This document shows positions 1-7,582 of a stretch of DNA of 54,391 bases, piece after piece (the stretch's first letter is position 1; each line of letters opens with the position of its first letter). A model generated the notes under the pieces. That model was not told the DNA's origin. It made no database searches and was given only the letters and a program-made list of their open reading frames with translations. The stretch comes from a virus. Lineage: Duplodnaviria; Caudoviricetes. The stretch lies in IMG/VR virus record IMGVR_UViG_3300019093_000014, positions 1-54,391 of that record; one strand, 5' to 3'. Made by a program: the position numbers and the translations under genes.

Positions 1-357
1 CAAAGAACGTGGGCAATTCATCTTCAAAATTGAACTGTGGCCATTCAAATGAAATAGTAGATCCACAAATTCTTGTTGTTCCAGTAGGTCCCATAGTGGT
101 TCAGTCTCCATTAAAGTAGTAAGATGTAGTTCATCTCTAATGTCTTTGTAAACACTGAGATTCAAAAAATCAATTTTAAAATAGCCTCTATTTTCCGCTG
201 TTTTATAATCTATACTGGCAATATTAGTTACTGGGTCATAGGGTATATGTTGTGCATATATGCCCGTATTATGATGTGTATGATCTCTTCTTGCTCGTAT
301 ATGATCAATAATATTTAATATTTTTTCTCTATTTGCAAAGTCTATATCAATGTCCAT
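1..357 (-). CDS. Compact DnaE/Pol III alpha-like palm-domain protein (3' end outside window)
   Basis: Not in the ORF track. Manual translation from ATG 357: MDIDIDFANREKILNIIDHIRARRDHTHHNTGIYAQHIP...ENRGYFKIDFLNL. DIDIDF, HxxG and KxDFL match C-family polymerase palm motifs. TAATG overlap with the upstream ORF. Confidence 0.7.
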   Translation of the reverse strand, partial: MDIDIDFANREKILNIIDHIRARRDHTHHNTGIYAQHIPYDPVTNIASIDYKTAENRGYFKIDFLNLSVYKDIRDELHLTTLMETEPLWDLLEQQEFVDLLFHLNGHSSILKMNCPRSL

Positions 358-521
358 TAATGTGCCACCTCGCTGTTGAAGAAAATTAATCTAGCATTTT
401 TATGTAAGAATTCACAATATTTTTCTGCGTCCTCTAGTGTGTCAAATCCTTTTAATGCAACATGAATAGATTTTTCATCCTCATCAATTTCAAAACTTAT
501 TTCTAATTTAGTATACGTCAT
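357..521 (-). CDS. Small hypothetical protein, 54 aa
   Basis: Manual translation MTYTKLEISFEIDEDEKSIHVALKGFDTLEDAEKYCEFLHKNARLIFFNSEVAH. It fills the gap exactly, with an ATGA overlap upstream and a TAATG overlap downstream. Confidence 0.75.
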   Translation of the reverse strand: MTYTKLEISFEIDEDEKSIHVALKGFDTLEDAEKYCEFLHKNARLIFFNSEVAH

Positions 522-1198
522 AAATTACTTTCTTTAATAATTTGACGAGCAAAATCCGCATCATCTGGCATGGTTCTAAATTTTTTAAACCAAAAATCTG
601 GATCAATAGTTGAGCCAATTGACACCAATTGTTCATCATTTAATGTGCTTAATAATTTTTTTCCAGTGTCGCTATTCAATAAAATCCAAGGACTAATCTT
701 GCCATCCCTAATATCAAAAGTTGCTCTATTTGTGGACACATAAAGAAAATAATGATTCCAAACACTGTCATGTGTGTTGGCCCAATCAGTCATGTGCATA
801 ATAGATCTTTGTAGGGCCACTTCAACAGGTTCATTTTTAATCAAGTTTAAAACGTATTCTTCATATAAACTTTCTCTGCACCAATGATCTAATTTTACTC
901 CGCTAGTGACCACATAGTCGATATATTTTTCTGGATATAGTGGATTTACATTGCTTATAAAACTGCCAAACTTAACAAAGGCATTATAATAAGGACTTTG
1001 TGCAAATTCTTCGTAGGTTTTTGTTTTATCGTTTTTTTGACTAAGTTTATAAAATCTATCGTAGGTTTGATAGGCCATTTGAACATGTTTTTCATTTTTA
1101 GCCAAGTGTCTACGCTTCTGCTCGCACATATGTACGAACAGAGTTTTTTCTTTGGTAAACTTTGCCTTACAGTGTTCGCAACTATATGAATCTGTCAT
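518..1198 (-). CDS. Hypothetical protein with N-terminal zinc finger
   Basis: 226 aa; N-terminal YSCEHCKAKF...VHMC (CxxC...HxC); ATGA-coupled to both neighbours. Confidence 0.75.
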   Translation of the reverse strand: MTDSYSCEHCKAKFTKEKTLFVHMCEQKRRHLAKNEKHVQMAYQTYDRFYKLSQKNDKTKTYEEFAQSPYYNAFVKFGSFISNVNPLYPEKYIDYVVTSGVKLDHWCRESLYEEYVLNLIKNEPVEVALQRSIMHMTDWANTHDSVWNHYFLYVSTNRATFDIRDGKISPWILLNSDTGKKLLSTLNDEQLVSIGSTIDPDFWFKKFRTMPDDADFARQIIKESNL

Positions 1199-1671
1199 GA
1201 AAAATATTTTTTAATTTCTTCATCACTCCAGGCAAAATCAACGGCCAATTGTTTTAGTTCCTTGTTGGAATTAATTTTAGCCAATGTTTCAATGTCGCTG
1301 GATTTTAATTCAGGGTAAATTTTTTCTAAAAATTTTATTTTTTTATTATCGCCTGTTTTCTTTTTATGTCCAATCCATTCGTGGAAATATGCTTGTTTAG
1401 TTTCATAGCCACACATACAAAGCAATTGCCAAAGTAATTTAGGGTGTTTGCCCAGTGAGTAAAAATGTTTATTAAAATATTCGTTTGTGGCCAACACGTA
1501 GTGTTCTTGTATGTCTCTTTTGGGATTTTTCACAGAACTAACGTATCTATTCAAAAGGAAAAATTTTACCTCTTTTCTTTGTTCATCATCGAGAAGGTCC
1601 CAAATATCTCTGCCACCTTGATCGATGGCAGATAGGATTTCATTTAGTGTTATTTTGCTCATAGTTGACAC
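1195..1671 (-). CDS. Hypothetical protein, possibly clamp-loader small subunit (gp62-like)
   Basis: 158 aa helical protein with F.LNRY.S, NEY.N and a W followed by a lysine run, loosely like T4-type gp62; replication-gene context. Function is tentative. Confidence 0.45.
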   Translation of the reverse strand: MSTMSKITLNEILSAIDQGGRDIWDLLDDEQRKEVKFFLLNRYVSSVKNPKRDIQEHYVLATNEYFNKHFYSLGKHPKLLWQLLCMCGYETKQAYFHEWIGHKKKTGDNKKIKFLEKIYPELKSSDIETLAKINSNKELKQLAVDFAWSDEEIKKYFS

Positions 1672-1900
1672 TTAATTTATGTATTAGTATAGCACGATCA
1701 AGGGCTTTTTGTAAAGTAGGATTGGTCTTCGCTGCTGCTCTAATCTCCTGCCAAAGCATAGTTTGTTCAGCTTCTACAAGGAGATCACGTGCTCGTTGAC
1801 TCATGGAGTGCAATGTCTTTTCATTGGAGCCAAATGGTCTAACATAAACAGTTTCCCCTCCATCAGGACTTTCAAAGACCATCCTATCTTGATTCATCAT
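1640..1900 (-). CDS. Hypothetical protein
   Basis: 86 aa, FESPDGGETVYVR motif, overlaps both neighbours in the same orientation. Confidence 0.7.
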   Translation of the reverse strand: MMNQDRMVFESPDGGETVYVRPFGSNEKTLHSMSQRARDLLVEAEQTMLWQEIRAAAKTNPTLQKALDRAILIHKLSVNYEQNNTK

Positions 1901-2403
1901 AATATTTTACTAATGTCAATTAGTTCATTTTGTCGACTAACTTCCTTGATAAAAAACACGCATTCTGGTTTTTCTTCAAATTCTAATGGGGTGACTAATA
2001 AATGATTATTACGCATTTTAGGAAAGTACCATTTGACATCATTGTAAAAATTTACTATTTCAATTGGTCGGTAGTCAATTTTAAAACTGCTTATGGGATT
2101 AAAAACTATGGCATCAAATCCACGGTCATTCAAGCTGGTCAGCGGCAGTATTTCTGCATCTATATTGCTAGAACTATCACCTACAGCAATACTCCAATCT
2201 ATGGGCATGGAAATTTCTTTGTCACCAATTTTTAGTACAATTGCTGGACTATTAAAGCTTTCTAAAAATATCAGTGGTACAAAAAAGAAATCTGGATTTT
2301 TTGGATCACTGTTATCCAATACAGCAAAACGAGTATCGTCGTCCACTTGATCGGGTAAATTATTCAATGAGAATAATTTATTTTCTAATGTTAATATTTG
2401 CAT
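1897..2403 (-). CDS. Hypothetical protein
   Basis: 168-aa ORF starting 2 nt after the helicase stop; beta-rich; no motif recognised. Confidence 0.75.
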   Translation of the reverse strand: MQILTLENKLFSLNNLPDQVDDDTRFAVLDNSDPKNPDFFFVPLIFLESFNSPAIVLKIGDKEISMPIDWSIAVGDSSSNIDAEILPLTSLNDRGFDAIVFNPISSFKIDYRPIEIVNFYNDVKWYFPKMRNNHLLVTPLEFEEKPECVFFIKEVSRQNELIDISKIL

Positions 2404-2405
2404 GA

Positions 2406-3875
2406 TTATTTTTGCCAGTCTATCTTTTCTAAAGAGAAAGGATAATGTGCGTCCTTATAAAATTTTTTTCGTTCTGTGAGATGACGTTTGGCAAATTTGC
2501 AAGTGCTAGTAATATCCCAAATTTTCACAAAGTCTTTGTCTTCGGCTCTTCTAATTCCTCTTCCAATGCTTTGAATAACTCGGACAAAACTTTTTCCTGG
2601 TTCCAAAAGGACCAGATTAAAAATCCTGGGTATATTAATCCCAACGGCAGCAACGCCATAAGTGGCCACGATAATTTTGTTGTCACTTGTTTTAATTTCG
2701 TCATATTCTTCTTTCCTATCTTTGGTCTTTACTTCGCCTGAAATAAACACACTGTCTTCGATTTCATTTACTATAAATTTGCCTGAGTCTATTCTGTTTA
2801 CTAATACTAGTGTGTTGCCTGATTCTGCTATTTGCTTAATTAATTTACTTACGAAGATCATCCTGTCTTCATCCGTGACAAGATACTTTAATTCTTCTGC
2901 ATATGTTCTAAATTCTGCCACATCTAATAATTGTGAAATAGTCACATGGCAATTACTGAGTACGCCTTTTTCCTGCAATTCATGAGCAGCAATACCGCCA
3001 ACTACGGGTCCAATTGATGCAAATATAACTTCGCTTTCGTGCTTGGCCTTTGGTACAGTGCCTGTCAATCCCCAACGTATACAGGCATTATTTAAGTTGC
3101 GTGTGAGTAAATTCTTTAGTACGTCAGCCTTGGCCATGTGTACTTCGTCAACAATAACTGCTCTAACACCATCTAAAAATTCCGCCAAAGTCAGTTGATC
3201 CTCTACGGCACCTTTGCTTTTCTTATCCAATATATTGAGACTTTGCCAAGTACAAATTGTATGAGTTTTATTTAAATCTTTACGATCACCATAGTATACA
3301 CCAACATCTAAGCCCACGTTAATATAGTCTTCTTCTGTTTGTTCAACTAGGCTTTTGTTGGGTACTATGGTAATAGTTCTGCCATATTGTTCACATAGTT
3401 GACTCAATGTGGCCGTAGTAATAGTTTTACCAGCACCTGTGGCAATTTCTTGTAAACTGTGTGGATTCTTTAAAAATGTATTAACAGCGTCAACTTGGTA
3501 ATCACGTAGCATGATAGGTTGACCAGCCATTTGATGACCTTCTGGCCATACTTTTCCTTGATCTTTCCAGTATGTTTCTGTTATTGGTTCAAAGTCAATA
3601 TTTACTGCTGTTCTATTGTCATTGACATCAGTAACTTCAATTTTCATCTCTTCTAGTAGTTCTAGAATCTTTTCTATTTGATATAAGTAGCCACTGCCAC
3701 CAATACTAAACATACTAATTGATCCATCCCAACGTCCCAATTTGTAGCTGGGGCGATGTCTTGCCGTGGGATCTTGAAATTTAAAAGTATTAGCCAACTT
3801 TCTTCGTGCTTCAATAGGAAGCCCTTCAAGTTTTATATTAACTTCATCCTTAATGATTAATTTACATGATGTCAT
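2406..3875 (-). CDS. uvsW: UvsW-like superfamily 2 DNA helicase
   Basis: LRDYQ (Q motif), ATGAGKT (Walker A), DEVH, GLTGT, GINIP, QSIGRGIR (motif VI); N-terminal WDG.I as in T4-like UvsW. Confidence 0.85.
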   Translation of the reverse strand: MTSCKLIIKDEVNIKLEGLPIEARRKLANTFKFQDPTARHRPSYKLGRWDGSISMFSIGGSGYLYQIEKILELLEEMKIEVTDVNDNRTAVNIDFEPITETYWKDQGKVWPEGHQMAGQPIMLRDYQVDAVNTFLKNPHSLQEIATGAGKTITTATLSQLCEQYGRTITIVPNKSLVEQTEEDYINVGLDVGVYYGDRKDLNKTHTICTWQSLNILDKKSKGAVEDQLTLAEFLDGVRAVIVDEVHMAKADVLKNLLTRNLNNACIRWGLTGTVPKAKHESEVIFASIGPVVGGIAAHELQEKGVLSNCHVTISQLLDVAEFRTYAEELKYLVTDEDRMIFVSKLIKQIAESGNTLVLVNRIDSGKFIVNEIEDSVFISGEVKTKDRKEEYDEIKTSDNKIIVATYGVAAVGINIPRIFNLVLLEPGKSFVRVIQSIGRGIRRAEDKDFVKIWDITSTCKFAKRHLTERKKFYKDAHYPFSLEKIDWQK

Positions 3876-5025
3876 CGAGTTTTATGCTTATTGGTTTAGT
3901 AGGAGTATAGTATACTATAAGATCACAGGAATTGCAATATACTACACTTCGATTATTTCTAAAACTGTTAGTAAAAGATATAACTGCATCTGGTTGCCAT
4001 TCATTGTCGATCATGAATTTTGGCACTTTCCCATTTGAAATTCCTACAATTTTGGTATGTTTGTCTAATTTTTTATTAAATGAATTTTCTGCAATTAGTT
4101 TATTAAATTCAAATCCACTTTTTTTATTATCAAATCTAAAATAAATTCCTACATTATTTTTACTTGACTCATCTAAAGAATTTTTTAAATTTATCAGTTG
4201 GTCTACGCATTCTAAAGGTGCATACTCATTAAAAATGAATAAAATTTTCTCTCTTTTCAAGAGAGCTAAATTATTTAAAATGTCAATTAGTCCAACTTCG
4301 TTATACTTTAAAAAAACATTAATTTGATTTCTGTTGGCAATTTTATATGCCAAGACAGCCTTTATATTTTTGTCAAATTCTTGGTCAAATTGGTATTGAT
4401 AGCGAATTTTTCGATCTAAAATTAACAAATTATTTTCTGATAAATCCTCAGTAATTTTATTTTTAGGAAAATTTTCAAAATTAAATTTTTTGGAAATTAT
4501 GTTAATGTCCAAGTTTTTTATCTTTTCTACTAGTTCTAAAAAATCGTCAGAAAATTCAAAATTTAGTGGGACAAGTGCCTCATAAACGTCAATTATATTT
4601 TTTTCAACCAGTGGTAAGAAAGTATGCTTACCCTCATTGATTACACTGCTACAATTTAATTTTCTTTGTAAATTTTTTAGATATTTTGCTAAATCTTTTT
4701 CATAACTAAACATTATATCAATCATTGATCCATGATCTGAATCATGAAAAATACCAACTTTTTTAATAATTTCCAAATTTTTAAATGGTTTGCGCCAAAC
4801 TGGATTTTTAATAGCATCAACCAAATCAATACCAATGTCATCTAGATTTTTCAAATTTTCTTCTAAAATTTTTATTATTAAATTGGCTTGAGATTCAGTT
4901 ATATAGTCTTCATCGACCATTAATTTTGCCATAATTTTCAGTATTTTTTTATCTCTACTAGGTATTGCGCCATTGAGATTATCAATGCCTAAATTAGATA
5001 ATTTGAAAATAATATCATCTATCAT
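3862..5025 (-). CDS. Hypothetical protein
   Basis: 387-aa ORF directly behind a sigma70-type promoter and overlapping the helicase start. Confidence 0.75.
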   Translation of the reverse strand: MIDDIIFKLSNLGIDNLNGAIPSRDKKILKIMAKLMVDEDYITESQANLIIKILEENLKNLDDIGIDLVDAIKNPVWRKPFKNLEIIKKVGIFHDSDHGSMIDIMFSYEKDLAKYLKNLQRKLNCSSVINEGKHTFLPLVEKNIIDVYEALVPLNFEFSDDFLELVEKIKNLDINIISKKFNFENFPKNKITEDLSENNLLILDRKIRYQYQFDQEFDKNIKAVLAYKIANRNQINVFLKYNEVGLIDILNNLALLKREKILFIFNEYAPLECVDQLINLKNSLDESSKNNVGIYFRFDNKKSGFEFNKLIAENSFNKKLDKHTKIVGISNGKVPKFMIDNEWQPDAVISFTNSFRNNRSVVYCNSCDLIVYYTPTKPISIKLDDIM

Positions 5026-5033
5026 AAGTATAG

Positions 5034-5062
5034 ATTTTACATGAAAGTCATAGTGAAGTCAA
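5034..5062 (-). promoter_or_regulatory. Sigma70-type (early/middle) promoter
   Basis: Minus strand TTGACT (5062-5057), 17-nt spacer, TAAAAT (5039-5034); 8 nt upstream of ATG 5025. Confidence 0.7.
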
Positions 5063-5902
5063 GGTTAATTTATGTAATAATCTGTTCAATGGAACGCCAC
5101 TGACAATTTCTTCAATAGTCCATTCGGTATGAACTAGTTTTTTGAACCATTCAGTTCGATCTAACAAGTATGTGTCATCACTATGAGTAATTGGCATGGA
5201 AACTTCTGAAGCCAAACTACTAGCATCTGTGATCACCGGTATTCCATTGATAGCTGCTTGAACACCCACTCCACTGTTATAATTAACAATGGCGGAATAG
5301 TCAAAATTTAGGTCATATTTGTCATAGGTATTGGCAATTTTAATGGGCTTTACCATAGTGACGTTGTAATTTGTAAAATCACCAATGTCAAATCTTGGGT
5401 GTGATCGAACAACAATTTTTTTCTTGGTAAAATTTTGAATATTTTTTATTTGAGTTATGGTCCACTCTCTCACACGTTGGCCTGATTGCCATTGTAGGCT
5501 ATTTTCATGTTGGGTAGCAATTAAAATAGGTAAATTTTGATCAATTTTTTTACTCTGTAATTCAATGCCTATTTTTTTTGCTCTGTTGTCGTCCAAATCA
5601 GTTTCATTGGCATATATACCATTTTTTGTGATGTTATTTACGGCAACTTTCCAAGTACGTCCACGATCTAGTGCGCCTACTTCTAATATAAAAACTGGTT
5701 TTCCCTGTTTTCTGTAATATTCGTAAATTTGTTTGTTAGGAGCCATTCTTCCCTGCCATAGTACGCTCCAAATTAAGGCTGCATCAGCTGTCATGCTATT
5801 TTCTACAGGAGTAATATTAAATTTTTTACAACTATCTAAAAAACTTTGCCATATAGGTTGAGATTGTTGAGCTGTTTGGTAGGGAAAGTAGGATATATAC
5901 AT
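5048..5902 (-). CDS. Capsule polysaccharide biosynthesis-like (KpsS/KpsC-type) glycosyltransferase
   Basis: ILEVG, Q...DS-like (QHENSLQ), VVRSHPR and NSGVGVQAAINGIPVI, the motif series of Capsule_synth/GT-B proteins. Confidence 0.65.
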   Translation of the reverse strand: MYISYFPYQTAQQSQPIWQSFLDSCKKFNITPVENSMTADAALIWSVLWQGRMAPNKQIYEYYRKQGKPVFILEVGALDRGRTWKVAVNNITKNGIYANETDLDDNRAKKIGIELQSKKIDQNLPILIATQHENSLQWQSGQRVREWTITQIKNIQNFTKKKIVVRSHPRFDIGDFTNYNVTMVKPIKIANTYDKYDLNFDYSAIVNYNSGVGVQAAINGIPVITDASSLASEVSMPITHSDDTYLLDRTEWFKKLVHTEWTIEEIVSGVPLNRLLHKLTLTSL

Positions 5903-5909
5903 ATATTAT

Positions 5910-5917
5910 TATTTAAT
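5910..5917 (-). promoter_or_regulatory. Putative late promoter variant (ATTAAATA)
   Basis: TAAATA core 7 nt upstream of ATG 5902, inside a 16-nt divergent gap. Confidence 0.4.
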
Positions 5918-5918
5918 C

Positions 5919-6716
5919 TTGAAACTGCCACCTTTAATAGGGAAATTCCCTCAATCTGATGTTTGTTTTTTTGTAGCTGCTGATGAAAATTATTTTAATC
6001 AGCATGCCAAACCGTTGATTCACAGTATTAGAAAACATTTTTCATACCCCATACACTTTCATTTATACACGCCCAGTGAAGAGTCAAAAAATTGGTGTGA
6101 AGTCAATAGTATTAGTTATAGTTATGAGATTGTTGACGTAAAAATTGTGGATCCAGCATTTGAGATTTATCGTAATCTGCCTAATGATGAGGAATTACAG
6201 CGGCGTCGCAGTAAAATGATCAAGCCTGGTGAAAATGTTGAAAAAATTCGTTATGAGTTGATGAAAACTTATTATGCCTGTACTAGATTTATAAGATTAA
6301 GTGAGTTATTGACCAAACCTACCTATATTATTATGTTAGACACTGACAGTTTGGTTAGAAATAGGTTTGACTTATTAAGTAAGGAGTATGACATACACAT
6401 TTATGAAAAAAATCACAAAAAGCATGTAAAACATACTCAACATTTGGCCAGTACTATATTTTATACTGGGACTGACCGTAGTCTTCGTTTAATTCATGAT
6501 CATGCTCGATTAATCTTAGAGGAATATGCCAAAGATACCTTATATTGGTTTTTAGATCAAGAAACTTTAGATGTGGCTATACAAATATATTCTAAAAAGT
6601 CATTGTCTTTAAGTTTCGTTGATTTTGATATGAAAGAAACCAGTAGTATATGGTGTGCCAAAGGTCCTAGAAAAAATCTACCTATCTGGTTAGCAGAGAT
6701 TAAAAAGTATCTATAA
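5919..6716 (+). CDS. GT-A fold nucleotide-diphospho-sugar transferase-like protein
   Basis: FFVAADENYF, YYACTRF, IIMLDTDSL (DxD), WFLDQETL, IWCAKG; TTG start. Confidence 0.65.
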   Translation: MKLPPLIGKFPQSDVCFFVAADENYFNQHAKPLIHSIRKHFSYPIHFHLYTPSEESKNWCEVNSISYSYEIVDVKIVDPAFEIYRNLPNDEELQRRRSKMIKPGENVEKIRYELMKTYYACTRFIRLSELLTKPTYIIMLDTDSLVRNRFDLLSKEYDIHIYEKNHKKHVKHTQHLASTIFYTGTDRSLRLIHDHARLILEEYAKDTLYWFLDQETLDVAIQIYSKKSLSLSFVDFDMKETSSIWCAKGPRKNLPIWLAEIKKYL

Positions 6717-6717
6717 A

Positions 6718-7530
6718 CTATTTAAAATATTTAAAATTGTAGTCGTATAAAAGTCCTTTGCTTACGTAATTTTTAAAATCAGACTGATCTTTTAAAATAT
6801 CTATACAATCAGTTAAAAAATAATCTTGAAAATTCTCTGTACGAATATTATTAACATAAAAATCATAACTTAAATCCACCATTTTATATAGATTAGGTAA
6901 AGTTAAATGATTAACTCTAGCATCGACAACGGAGTACTTTACCCAAGCATGATACCAGTAATCCTTAAGAATTCCAACATTTTTAATCTCATTTTTAGAA
7001 ATATCAACTAATTTTATATTAGGTATATAAAGGTTTTTTGGAACTTTGCCTATTGTAGGAAAGATTTTGTCCTCTAATAATTCTAATAATATTATTTTGA
7101 TATTTGGATTATTTAATGCAAAATCTTTTATTAAATATTTGTATGCTAGATGATTGATATCTAGCAAATCGTAATCAAGATTTTCTTTGTACCAATTTAT
7201 ATGATGTTTATTTAGATTATAGTAAGTTGCATGATTCGGATTTATGACAAGTGGGTCATTAAAAGCTGCTGATGAACCTGGATGTTCAATTTGATATTGC
7301 AGAGCAAATCTGCCTACAGTACTTCTTACAAAAATTATCAAATCACCGTCTTTAAATTTATTTTCTTTAATATCATTGACAAACATCTTAATTGCATGTT
7401 CAGCACTGCCGCCGTTCACACTCTTATTATCAAGATCTGCTGACACTCGACTTGCTAAAATTTGAGCCCAAGATGGTCCTCTGTAGTTGTCGGAGGCCAA
7501 ATAGCTATCACCATAACCGTATATTTTCAT
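6718..7530 (-). CDS. SGNH/GDSL-like hydrolase or acyltransferase
   Basis: YGDSY, SW, NKSVNGGS and a late NHLT motif. Start moved from 7584 to ATG 7530 (MKIYGYGDS) because a late-promoter motif lies at 7547-7554. Confidence 0.6.
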   Translation of the reverse strand: MKIYGYGDSYLASDNYRGPSWAQILASRVSADLDNKSVNGGSAEHAIKMFVNDIKENKFKDGDLIIFVRSTVGRFALQYQIEHPGSSAAFNDPLVINPNHATYYNLNKHHINWYKENLDYDLLDINHLAYKYLIKDFALNNPNIKIILLELLEDKIFPTIGKVPKNLYIPNIKLVDISKNEIKNVGILKDYWYHAWVKYSVVDARVNHLTLPNLYKMVDLSYDFYVNNIRTENFQDYFLTDCIDILKDQSDFKNYVSKGLLYDYNFKYFK

Positions 7531-7546
7531 AAAATAATCTTTTAAA

Positions 7547-7577
7547 TATTTATTAAAGATTGTTTTAAGTATAAATA
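7547..7577. promoter_or_regulatory. Back-to-back late promoters
   Basis: AATAAATA on minus (7554-7547) facing the SGNH gene; canonical TATAAATA on plus (7570-7577) facing the B12 radical SAM gene. Confidence 0.65.
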
Positions 7578-7582
7578 TTCCC

